Below are positions 55,773 through 64,000 of a stretch of 64,000 nucleotides of DNA, piece by piece. Within the stretch, counting starts at the first letter, position 1. Every line of letters begins with the position of its first letter. A program made the position numbers and the translations under genes. A model generated the notes under the pieces. It was not told where the DNA came from. It saw only the letters and a program-made list of their open reading frames with translations, and did no database searches. The DNA is taken from positions 12,317-76,316 of the forward strand of contig JBCCIF010000002.1 in the NCBI GenBank assembly GCA_039028335.1. The letters run 5' to 3'. Source of the DNA: Bacteroidota bacterium. GTDB taxonomy: Bacteria > Bacteroidota > Bacteroidia > Flavobacteriales_D > JABDKJ01.

Positions 55773-58040
55773 ATGAAAGAGAAAAAGCTTAGAAAAATTG
55801 CATTTACGGTCATAGGTAGTATAGCGGCTTTGACCGTTTTTTTTTGCTTCCAAATTACAGATAAACTAACGACCAATTACGACTTTGAGAAGTTCTTCCC
55901 GCAGAATGATCCCGAAACCGATTTCTTTCTTGAATTTCGCGACAAATTTGAAACAGACAACGACTTTGTCCTTATTGGAATTGGGAATGATAATGGAATT
56001 TTTGATGCTGAATTTCTATTTGACATTGATCGATTTTCAAACGCGCTTGCTCGACTCAAATTTGTAACGGATGTAAAGAGTCCAACAAATATCGAATTAC
56101 CTATAATTTCAGGTGGAGTGCCTTATGATGTTCCAATACTCAATTTTCAAAAAGAAGAAAAGTACAGCTCGGACTCAACAAAAATCTTTAATTCACCAGA
56201 ATTGTTGAACAACTTCTTTTCTGAAGACGGAAAGCATCTCTCAATTCTGGTTAGTCATGAACAATACCTTTCAAAACAGAGATGTGATAGTTTAAGCATG
56301 TCTTTGCAAGATTGTGTATCTGATTTCGGTTTTGATGAAATACATTTGGCAGGAAGAGCCGTAGGGCAGCGCTATTTCGTAGAGCGAATAGAAATGGAGT
56401 TGATCACCTTTGTATCTATCTCCATTGTACTTATAACTCTTTTTCTGGTCATTGCTTTTCGCAGTAAATGGGGCGTAGCGGTTCCCCTGACAGTTGTTCT
56501 TTTAGCTGTTATTTGGTTGGTAGGGATTATGGTTATGTTCGGCAAAGCATTCGACATTTTGCTCACTATTGTTCCTACAATACTATTTGTTGTTGGAATG
56601 AGTGATGTCGTTCATATCGTATCCAAATACTTCGATGAACTCCGCTTGGGTCGCGAAAAATTGGTAGCACTTAAAACGGCCTTTAAAGAAATTGGCATTG
56701 CCACATTCTTAACCTCAATTACGACAGCAATTGGGTTTTTAACCCTTCTATCATCGAGTATTATACCCCTAAGGGAATTTGGAATTATAGCAGCAACCGG
56801 AGTCTTTGTAGCCTATATTCTAGCCTACACCTTATTACCTGCAGTCTTACTATTAAGCAAAAAACCAAAGGTTTCTGATAAGAAGCCTCTAGAAGTCTTT
56901 TGGACGCGAAAATTACATGGCTTTTTACTTTGGACAATTCGCAATAAGAAAAAAGTTCTTATCGGATCACTTGGGGTCTTGGCCCTTTGTATCCTGGGAA
57001 TTTCAAAAATTGAAGTCAATAATTATTTGCTTGAAGATTTAAGGGAAAATGATCCTTTGAAGAAGGATTTCATGTACTTCGAAAACACTTTTGCCGGTGT
57101 ACGCCCTTTTGAAATGCACATTAACGTAATTGATAAGAACAAGAGCATATTCCACCCTCAAGTACTTCATGAAATTGAATTGATTGAAGACTATTTGTAT
57201 TCTGATTATGAAATAGGTTTTATAGCCTCTCCAGTTTCGGCAATAAAAATGATAAATAAAGCCAATCACAGAGGCATTCAAGAATTTTATAAGTTACCGG
57301 ATGATTACGAGCAATTGGACAAAGTTTCTAAGCAATTGTCGCGATTCGCGAAGAGTAAGCAAATGCGCGCTCTGATTACCGAAGATCAAAGTGAAGGAAG
57401 ACTATTCGGCAAGATGGGTGATTGGGGTGCAAAGGAGATCAAAAGACGTAATGAAGGACTTGATAACTTTATTAATCAGAATATAAATACCCAGCTTATT
57501 CAAGTCAGACAAACGGGCACGGCTCGATTGATAGACCTAAATAATGAGCTGCTATCAGCAACGATGATTCAAGGATTAGTCATTGCGTTCTTGGCCATTG
57601 CCTTAATCGTAGGATTAATGTTTAAGTCGTTCAAAATGATTTTAATCAGTTTTGTTCCGAATGTATTTCCGTTACTTCTCGTAGCTGCCTTTATGGGCTT
57701 TACAGGAATTGACCTTAAAGTATCAACAGCGATTATTTTTACCATTGCCTTTGGTATCGCGGTCGATGATACCATACACTTCTTGAGCAAATTGCGGCTT
57801 GAGTTAGGAAAAGGACGATCAGAGCTTTACGCTATCAAGAGAACTTTCATAGGCACGGGCAAAGCTATCATCCTCACTTCCTTGATCCTAGTTGCAGGAT
57901 TTTTGTCTTTGATGATCTCTTCCTTTAAAGGGACATTCTATACAGGACTCTTGGTTAGTCTCACCTTATTTTTTGCCGTATTCTCGGACTTGCTTTTATT
58001 GCCCGTTTTGTTGTGGTTGACAAAAAAGAAATCTAGATAG
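55773..58040 (+). CDS. MMPL/RND-superfamily transporter (two sterol-sensing-like 6-TM bundles)
   Basis: 755 aa with duplicated TM clusters, each preceded by a soluble loop. Contains GMSDVVHIVSKY and GIAVDDTIHFLSK motifs. Confidence 0.85.
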   Translation: MKEKKLRKIAFTVIGSIAALTVFFCFQITDKLTTNYDFEKFFPQNDPETDFFLEFRDKFETDNDFVLIGIGNDNGIFDAEFLFDIDRFSNALARLKFVTDVKSPTNIELPIISGGVPYDVPILNFQKEEKYSSDSTKIFNSPELLNNFFSEDGKHLSILVSHEQYLSKQRCDSLSMSLQDCVSDFGFDEIHLAGRAVGQRYFVERIEMELITFVSISIVLITLFLVIAFRSKWGVAVPLTVVLLAVIWLVGIMVMFGKAFDILLTIVPTILFVVGMSDVVHIVSKYFDELRLGREKLVALKTAFKEIGIATFLTSITTAIGFLTLLSSSIIPLREFGIIAATGVFVAYILAYTLLPAVLLLSKKPKVSDKKPLEVFWTRKLHGFLLWTIRNKKKVLIGSLGVLALCILGISKIEVNNYLLEDLRENDPLKKDFMYFENTFAGVRPFEMHINVIDKNKSIFHPQVLHEIELIEDYLYSDYEIGFIASPVSAIKMINKANHRGIQEFYKLPDDYEQLDKVSKQLSRFAKSKQMRALITEDQSEGRLFGKMGDWGAKEIKRRNEGLDNFINQNINTQLIQVRQTGTARLIDLNNELLSATMIQGLVIAFLAIALIVGLMFKSFKMILISFVPNVFPLLLVAAFMGFTGIDLKVSTAIIFTIAFGIAVDDTIHFLSKLRLELGKGRSELYAIKRTFIGTGKAIILTSLILVAGFLSLMISSFKGTFYTGLLVSLTLFFAVFSDLLLLPVLLWLTKKKSR

Positions 58041-59520
58041 TTTCTTTTTGAACTAGAGCCTTAATTTTTATTCCGAGGTAGGCAAAAGCAACGGTCATGA
58101 ATGGACTTACAATATTAAAAATACAATAAGGTGCAAATGTCCATACACTCATTCCAAGTATTCCAGCTTGTGTTGCTCCACAGGTGTTCCATGGAATTAA
58201 AACCGAAGTCACCGTTCCAGCATCTTCCAAGGTTCGACTTAAATTTTCAGGAGCCAAGCCCTTATCCTTGAAAGCATCTCCAAACATCTTTCCAGGAACA
58301 ACAATGGCCACATATTGATCGGAAGCGGTGGCATTAAAAAATAAACATGTACCAGCAGTTCTTAACACCAAGGACCCCGTTGATCGCACTCTCGCCAACA
58401 AAACTTGCGTAATTTTGCGAAGCAACCCTGCAGATTGCATTGCACCACCGAAAATCATCGCACATAGTATTAACCAAACCGTATTAAGCATTCCTTCCAT
58501 GCCTCCAGCCTTAAGCAAGTTCGATCGGTCTTCAATAGGAATATTAAATATCTCATTTATCCGATCATTTTCTGATTGAAAATAATCAGTTGTGTTTAAC
58601 GCCATGGATTCTATACTTGCTTTGTAGGCATCCTCAATATAATTTCCAGATTCACTGATTCTTGAAACGATTTCAGGTTGCGTAATTGCTGCAGCAATTG
58701 CACCTAATAAAACACCAATCAATAATGCAGGAATAGCAGGCATTTTCTTGATTATCAAAATAATTACAGCTATTGGAACAAGAAACAAAAGCAGGTTAGT
58801 ATTGAAGGCCTTGGAAATAACCATTTGCATTTCATCGATTTGATTTTGGTCTGCTCCTCCTTCAAATAAAAAACCCGCTATTAAGAATACAATCAACGCA
58901 AGACTAATTGAAGGGACCGTAGTATAAAGCATATATCTGATATGTGTAATTAAATCAGTTCCCGCAACTGCAGGCGCTAAATTGGTTGTATCAGATAATG
59001 GCGACATTTTGTCACCAAAATAGGCCCCAGATATGATAGCACCTCCTATCCAGCCAGGATGAATACCTAAAGCTATTCCTATTCCCAATAAAGCCACACC
59101 TACGGTAGCTACAGTACTCCACGAACTGCCTGTAGCCAAGGATACTATGGCACAAATTATACATGTAGCGAAGAGGAAGATTTTTGGACTCAAAATATTC
59201 AACCCATAATAAATCATTGTAGGAACTATTCCACTGATTAACCAAGTACCTGCTAAGGCACCAATTAGCAATAAGATTATTAAAGCAGGCATCGCTGTTG
59301 AAATACTATCTACAATCTCTTGCATAATGGTTTTCCAAGAGATTTTATGATAAAAAGCTACACAAGCTGCAGCACCAGCTGCCAATAAAAGTGCAATTTG
59401 ATTTGGACCATAGGATGAGTCTCCTCCAAAGTAGATTACATTTATAGCCAATAGGCCAATAAGAAGGAGGATGGGAATAAAGGCTTGAAACAAGCTTACC
59501 TTAGGTTGTTGTTCTGGCAT
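58033..59520 (-). CDS. nhaC: Na+/H+ antiporter NhaC family protein
   Basis: 495 aa, ~11-12 TM, with GAYFGDKMSPLSDTTNLAPAVAGTDL and IPWNTCGATQAG blocks. Confidence 0.9.
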   Translation of the reverse strand: MPEQQPKVSLFQAFIPILLLIGLLAINVIYFGGDSSYGPNQIALLLAAGAAACVAFYHKISWKTIMQEIVDSISTAMPALIILLLIGALAGTWLISGIVPTMIYYGLNILSPKIFLFATCIICAIVSLATGSSWSTVATVGVALLGIGIALGIHPGWIGGAIISGAYFGDKMSPLSDTTNLAPAVAGTDLITHIRYMLYTTVPSISLALIVFLIAGFLFEGGADQNQIDEMQMVISKAFNTNLLLFLVPIAVIILIIKKMPAIPALLIGVLLGAIAAAITQPEIVSRISESGNYIEDAYKASIESMALNTTDYFQSENDRINEIFNIPIEDRSNLLKAGGMEGMLNTVWLILCAMIFGGAMQSAGLLRKITQVLLARVRSTGSLVLRTAGTCLFFNATASDQYVAIVVPGKMFGDAFKDKGLAPENLSRTLEDAGTVTSVLIPWNTCGATQAGILGMSVWTFAPYCIFNIVSPFMTVAFAYLGIKIKALVQKETI

Positions 59521-59577
59521 ATAAAATTTCTATTCTCTAAATATAGAAAAGAAGAGCACTTATATTTGTCTGCGAAG

Positions 59578-60132
59578 ATGAAAGTCCATTATTTCCTGTA
59601 CATACTTATTTTATTGAATTCCTGCTCAAATCGGCCGAACTGGAAAGAATTAGAACTGGAAAATTTGAAAGGAAACAAAATCGTTCTTTCAGAGAATGAA
59701 GGACCACTTGTTCTTTTCTTTCTTTCACCTGAATGTCCACTTTGCGAAAATTACGCCCTGAATATGCGAGAACATTTCGAAGATGCATCCTTAAAAAGCA
59801 TGGCATTTTATGGCATTTTTCCTGGTGAATACTATTCTAAAAAGCAGATCTTGAAATACAAAAAAGTGTATGATTTGAAAATGGAATTTCTATTAGATCC
59901 TGATTATTCTTTGACACATTCCTTAAGCGCCACTGTAACACCGGAAGTTTTTCTTTTTAATGAAAAGAAAGAATTAGTTTATGAAGGAGCCATAGACAAT
60001 TGGATGATGAGTTTAGGTAAAAAGAGAACAGTCATTACTGAACATTATCTGAAAGATGCCTTTAAAGCGATGAAAAATAATCGCATTCCAGATACGACTA
60101 AAACTACTCCAATCGGATGCTATATCGAATAG
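59578..60132 (+). CDS. thioredoxin-fold (TlpA/redoxin-like) lipoprotein with CxxC
   Basis: ATG 59578 gives MKVHYFLYILILLNSC (lipobox). The active-site-like motif is FFLSPECPLCENY. It overlaps the downstream gene by 16 nt. Confidence 0.7.
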   Translation: MKVHYFLYILILLNSCSNRPNWKELELENLKGNKIVLSENEGPLVLFFLSPECPLCENYALNMREHFEDASLKSMAFYGIFPGEYYSKKQILKYKKVYDLKMEFLLDPDYSLTHSLSATVTPEVFLFNEKKELVYEGAIDNWMMSLGKKRTVITEHYLKDAFKAMKNNRIPDTTKTTPIGCYIE

Positions 60133-61511
60133 GATTACTAAGCTTTATTTTGATCTTTACTTTTTCTTGTCAAGAAAAAAAAGAAAAGCGCATACCTTTT
60201 TCTGAGGTCAAAGAAATTGTTCATAGAAATTGTTTCGGTTGTCATCATCCAGGTGGGGCAGCACCTTTCACCTTATATACACATGACCAAATAAAACGCA
60301 AAGCAAATACGATCAAAGATGTGGTTGAGAATGGCGTAATGCCTCCATGGCCTGCCAATTCAAATTACACCCATTTTATTGACGAAAAAAAGCTGACCTC
60401 AATTGAAAAAAATGCATTGATTAAATGGATTGAACAAGGAGCTCAGAATAATGAGGTTGAAAAGAAAACAGAAATTGAAGGCCAAGGGGCAGAAGAAAAA
60501 TGGATGGAAAATATTGCTGTTGACCTCTATTCTGAAACAAAACATGTTCAACGCTTCGAAATGATTTCACCTATCGAACTAGCAGGAGACAACAGGGATA
60601 AATTCTATTATGTAAAGATTCCGGTAGAACTTGAAAAAGACACCTTCATCAAGTCCGTTTCTTTCATTCCAGGCAACCGAGAACGCGTGCATCATATGAA
60701 TGGACATTGGTTGAATTATGATTATACTAAAAAAGAGAAACTAGCTGAAGGAAAAAGCTATGTGAACGCTGAAGAAAATACAGATCTGCGCAAATTTTTG
60801 GAATTGGGCATTGAACAAGATGATGGTTCTTTTCCAGAATTAAAACCCTCGGTGGTCAACTACCTACCAGGAATGAACGCTTTACATTATCCAGATGGAA
60901 TAGGAGGATTCAAAGCGAATAGAAAATCTACTTTGCTGATTCAATCAATTCATTACGGACCTAACTCGAAAGATAGTAAGGATCAATCTTCGGTTGAAAT
61001 AGAGTTTATGGATAAGGCTCCAAATAGACCTCTATTGGAAATGCAATTGGGAAGTTTAGGAATTTCTCCTATTGAACCGGCATTTGTTCTAGAACCAGAA
61101 AGCAAGAATTCGTTTCGAACACAATGGACAACTGATAAAAATCTTTCCCTTTTAACCATAATACCTCACATGCATTTGCTCGGCACAAAATTCAAAGCCT
61201 ATGCCCTTTCACCCCAAAATGACACCATCCGTTTAATCAAAATTGATCGATGGGACTTTCGTTGGCAATATCACTATACCTTTCCTAAAATTAAGGTAAT
61301 TCCCAAAGGCTATACCATTGTCGCAGAAGCAGAATTTGACAATACATCCGAAAACCCCAATCAAGCTTTCTTTCCTCCAAAGCGAATTGTGGAGCCTCTG
61401 AGTCTGAACATGAAAACAACCGATGAAATGTTTCAATTAATTCTCATGTATATTGATCATCAAGATGGAGATGAAAACATTTCTTTGGAGCTACAAAACG
61501 GTGCTAATTGA
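60117..61511 (+). CDS. lipoprotein fusing a c-type cytochrome domain (CFGCH) to a PHM/DBH-like type-II copper monooxygenase domain
   Basis: 464 aa with lipobox FTFSC and heme motif C39-F-G-C42-H43 (nt 60231-60245). Candidate copper ligands are in PHM order: H192-H193, H279, H351-x-H353 (IIPHMHLLG) and M438 in TTDEMF. Confidence 0.65.
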   Translation: MLYRIGLLSFILIFTFSCQEKKEKRIPFSEVKEIVHRNCFGCHHPGGAAPFTLYTHDQIKRKANTIKDVVENGVMPPWPANSNYTHFIDEKKLTSIEKNALIKWIEQGAQNNEVEKKTEIEGQGAEEKWMENIAVDLYSETKHVQRFEMISPIELAGDNRDKFYYVKIPVELEKDTFIKSVSFIPGNRERVHHMNGHWLNYDYTKKEKLAEGKSYVNAEENTDLRKFLELGIEQDDGSFPELKPSVVNYLPGMNALHYPDGIGGFKANRKSTLLIQSIHYGPNSKDSKDQSSVEIEFMDKAPNRPLLEMQLGSLGISPIEPAFVLEPESKNSFRTQWTTDKNLSLLTIIPHMHLLGTKFKAYALSPQNDTIRLIKIDRWDFRWQYHYTFPKIKVIPKGYTIVAEAEFDNTSENPNQAFFPPKRIVEPLSLNMKTTDEMFQLILMYIDHQDGDENISLELQNGAN

Positions 61512-61534
61512 ACTTTATTTTCGCATTGTATAAA

Positions 61535-61936
61535 ATGAAAAAACCAAAAAAATTCATTCAAGTCCCTCAATATCCAGGCGGTAGGGATGCAATGCGAAAG
61601 TTCATTACTGAAAATCTAAGCTACCCTAAAAAAGCAGGAGAAAACAATATCGAAGGCACGGTCGTTGTGGTCATTGATATAAATGGAGATGGCATTGTTG
61701 AGCGAACGAGACTCAAGAAGAAATTGGGCTATGGTTGCGATGAAGAAGCACAAAGAGTCGCAAAGCTTTTGAAATTTCATCCGACAAAAAATCGTAAAGT
61801 GAGAGTCACCTCACATCGCACGATTAACTTTAGCTTTCGCAAACCAAGGAAAAAAATAGTCAAAAAAGTGATTCCAAAACCTCAAACAAGGAGTATTCAG
61901 GTGGTCTATAATTATGTTCCAAAAAAGAAATCATGA
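61535..61936 (+). CDS. TonB C-terminal domain-containing protein
   Basis: PQYPGGRDAMRKFITENLSYPKKAGENNIEGTVVVVIDINGDGIVERTRLKKKLGYGCDEEAQRV is the TonB_C fold pattern. ATG 61535 is preferred over TTG 61508. Confidence 0.7.
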   Translation: MKKPKKFIQVPQYPGGRDAMRKFITENLSYPKKAGENNIEGTVVVVIDINGDGIVERTRLKKKLGYGCDEEAQRVAKLLKFHPTKNRKVRVTSHRTINFSFRKPRKKIVKKVIPKPQTRSIQVVYNYVPKKKS

Positions 61937-62418
61937 AAGGAGAATTTTTCGAATTTGAAGTAAGATGGTCAGACATAGACGCCAACAGGCATATGGCTAA
62001 TTCGGCTTATGTTGAGCGCTGCATTGATTGCAGAGTGCATTTCTTCAATGTTTCAGGAGTAAGTACGAAAGTGATAAGCAAAGACATTGGACCAGTTATT
62101 TTTCATGAGCATTATTACTTCATCAAAGAAATGCATATGGGCGAGAAGGCTAAGATGAATATGCAATTGAAAGGGAATTCAGAAGACTACAGATTTGTTG
62201 AATTCGAAATCAATTTGTACAAGACAAATGGCGATTTAGCAATGTACTCAACCCTCATTTTTACACTGATGGACTTGAATACGAGAAAGATTGTCACGCC
62301 TACAAAAGACATTATTTCTTTTTATGACGGACTAGAAAAAGCCGAGAACTACAAAGTCTTTGATCCTTCCTATACTCGCGCTAAAGATGTACCTTACGGA
62401 CGCAAGATTTCGTTTTAA
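61933..62418 (+). CDS. acyl-CoA thioesterase (hotdog fold, YbgC/4HBT-like)
   Basis: 161 aa with FEFEVRWSDIDANRHMANSAYV, typical of 4HBT thioesterases. ATGA overlap with the upstream gene. Confidence 0.8.
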   Translation: MKGEFFEFEVRWSDIDANRHMANSAYVERCIDCRVHFFNVSGVSTKVISKDIGPVIFHEHYYFIKEMHMGEKAKMNMQLKGNSEDYRFVEFEINLYKTNGDLAMYSTLIFTLMDLNTRKIVTPTKDIISFYDGLEKAENYKVFDPSYTRAKDVPYGRKISF

Positions 62419-63509
62419 TGAATCAAGATAATCAAAAAGCAACAGCACCATTTTCCTGCTCTTTTAGCCCAAACGTTCCGGAATTAATGAGTCGGTTAAA
62501 TTGCACTTTGGCGATCACTACGTATCAAGCTGGCAAAATCGTTTTCATTTCTCCAAAGAATGAATCAAATTTAGTGCAGCTTCCCAGAACTTTTCCGAAG
62601 CCAATGGGCATAGCCCTGGAAGAACAAGGAGATAAAATGGCCTTGGCTTGCAAAGACGAGATTACGGTATTTAAGAATTCTAAAGCACTCGCTTTTAGTT
62701 ACCCACCTAAACCCAAAGTTTACGACTCACTCTACATGCCGCGATCTAAGTATTATGTTGGCCCGGTGGATATTCATGATCTCATGTGGGGAGATGACGG
62801 CTTATATGCAGTTAACACCTTATTTTCATGCATAGCTAAAATCGGAGAAGATTACAGCTTCACTCCATACTGGAAGCCTCCATTCATAACTGAAATTACT
62901 CCTGAGGATAGATGTCACCTGAATGGAATGGCAATGGTCAATGGCAAACCAAAATTTGCGACAGCATTTTGTCAAGGTAATACTGCAAGAAGCTGGCGAG
63001 ATGTGGTAACAACGGACGGTATATTAATGGATATGGATAGCAATGAAGTGATTGTGCCTAACATTCCTATGCCTCACTCCCCAAGAATATTTAACAATGA
63101 GCTTTTCTTATTGCTCTCAGCAACTGGTGAATTTGTCAAAATTCAAATCAATGAGGGTAAGTATGATGTCATTTGTAATCTAAACGGATTTGTGAGAGGT
63201 ATGGCACACATTGAGGATTATGTCTTCATCGCCATATCTAAGTTGAGAGAAAACTCTTCAACTTTCGCGAAACTAGACATAGCCGGAAAAAGTAAAAATG
63301 CCAAAATTATGATCGTCCATCTACCAACAGGAAGCGTGCAAGGTGAGATCACCTATCATACCTCTGTTGATGAGATTTACGATATCCAAATCTTACCGAA
63401 TAAAATTCGTCCCAATATCATGAATAGCGCCAAAGAAGATCATAAGTTAGGTGTCGTGCTCCCGGAAAGCACCTATTGGGCGAAGCAAAACGAAGAAGCA
63501 AAAAATTAA
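62418..63509 (+). CDS. TIGR03032/DUF4915-like uncharacterised protein
   Basis: 363 aa. The EDRCHLNGMAMVNGKPKFATA block is as I recall it for the TIGR03032 family. Predicted beta-propeller-like. Confidence 0.5.
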   Translation: MNQDNQKATAPFSCSFSPNVPELMSRLNCTLAITTYQAGKIVFISPKNESNLVQLPRTFPKPMGIALEEQGDKMALACKDEITVFKNSKALAFSYPPKPKVYDSLYMPRSKYYVGPVDIHDLMWGDDGLYAVNTLFSCIAKIGEDYSFTPYWKPPFITEITPEDRCHLNGMAMVNGKPKFATAFCQGNTARSWRDVVTTDGILMDMDSNEVIVPNIPMPHSPRIFNNELFLLLSATGEFVKIQINEGKYDVICNLNGFVRGMAHIEDYVFIAISKLRENSSTFAKLDIAGKSKNAKIMIVHLPTGSVQGEITYHTSVDEIYDIQILPNKIRPNIMNSAKEDHKLGVVLPESTYWAKQNEEAKN

Positions 63510-63610
63510 CATTTTATGGAACGAATATTGTTCAGCAGAAACGCATCAAACCAATTTTAAATATGGACATAAAAAATCTACTATTCAGACACAAAAACAG
63601 ACCAATTATT

Positions 63611-64000
63611 ATGAAAAATTCATTTAGCCGCGTTCAGGGCAATTGTTGGAAAGCATTTGGAGCTATTGCCGCTTTTTTTGGCTTCAATCCCGCTCAGGCT
63701 CAGTCTTTTGAAGCACCTGTTGATAGCGTGTTTGGCTTGCCTACAGACTTAAATCTTCCTATCCTAACAAGTGCAGACTTAGACAATGATGGAGACTTTG
63801 ATCTTATCATAACGGAAAGAAGCTATAGCTATGGCTCATACGACTATACACGCGTTCTTTATTATCAAAATGTGGGAACTGCCGAGGATCCCCTATTTTC
63901 TGACGCAGATGAAAACCTCATTCCAATTCCAGTAGCGGGTCCCTATCAATACGTTTATCTGCGAAATTGTGAACTTGCAGATTTAGACGGAGATGGAGAC
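63611..64000 (+). CDS. secreted FG-GAP/VCBS repeat protein (5' partial, runs off the window)
   Basis: Not in the ORF track because it is open-ended. I translated atg 63611 through 64000 and found no stop. Signal peptide ...AIAAFFGFNPAQA|QS, with repeats ADLDNDGDFDL and ADLDGDGD. An alternative in-frame ATG lies at 63563. Confidence 0.65.
   Translation, partial: MKNSFSRVQGNCWKAFGAIAAFFGFNPAQAQSFEAPVDSVFGLPTDLNLPILTSADLDNDGDFDLIITERSYSYGSYDYTRVLYYQNVGTAEDPLFSDADENLIPIPVAGPYQYVYLRNCELADLDGDGD

Noticed and set aside
1-64000. Search for CRISPR arrays, tRNA/rRNA genes, IS elements and toxin-antitoxin or restriction-modification genes
   Set aside because: I saw no regularly spaced direct repeats, no tRNA-like T-arm (GGTTCGAATCC-type) motifs in intergenic regions, no intergenic gap larger than ~220 nt, and no transposase, integrase or nuclease-like ORFs. 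This was a by-eye scan, so small ncRNAs cannot be excluded.

Overview
AT-rich (roughly 35-40% GC by eye), gene-dense chromosomal segment. It most likely comes from a Bacteroidota (Flavobacteriia/Cytophagia-like) genome. Evidence: a cargo protein with a T9SS type-A C-terminal sorting domain, many SPase-II lipoproteins, a TAnnTTTG-type -7 box, and typical Bacteroidota gene families (DUF3857/transglutaminase pairs, PadR-PspC, standalone MnmD, fused E1 alpha/beta dehydrogenase). About 58 protein-coding genes are supported. Most are housekeeping: dnaE, dnaK, rpsP-rimM, trxA, pckA, acs, panB, murQ, yidD and nhaC. I recognised no rRNA, tRNA, CRISPR array, transposase, integrase or obvious defence genes. 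The most interesting locus is a four-gene plus-strand operon at 23028-28537 with no confident family names. It encodes a secreted two-Ig-domain protein whose N-terminal domain reads like a PapD-type pilus chaperone. It then encodes two small secreted paralogous subunit-like proteins that share N- and C-terminal motifs, with a strong hairpin terminator placed right after the first subunit gene. The last gene encodes a 1034-aa secreted protein with a beta-barrel-like core flanked by Ig-like domains. I interpret this as a candidate chaperone-usher-like surface-fibre system, which to my knowledge has not been characterised in Bacteroidota. Secondary loci of interest follow. One is a three-lipoprotein CsgG-like/LPP20-like cluster (30118-33502), where each gene is preceded by a TTGGCAC (sigma-54 -24-like) motif. 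Another is a cytochrome-c-fused PHM/DBH-like copper monooxygenase paired with a thioredoxin-fold lipoprotein (59578-61511). Others are DnaE with an N-terminal DEDDh exonuclease fusion, ribosomal protein S16 with a ~190-aa Ala/Glu tail, and an active plus catalytically dead transglutaminase-like paralog pair. All functional calls rest on motif recognition by eye, because no searches could be run.
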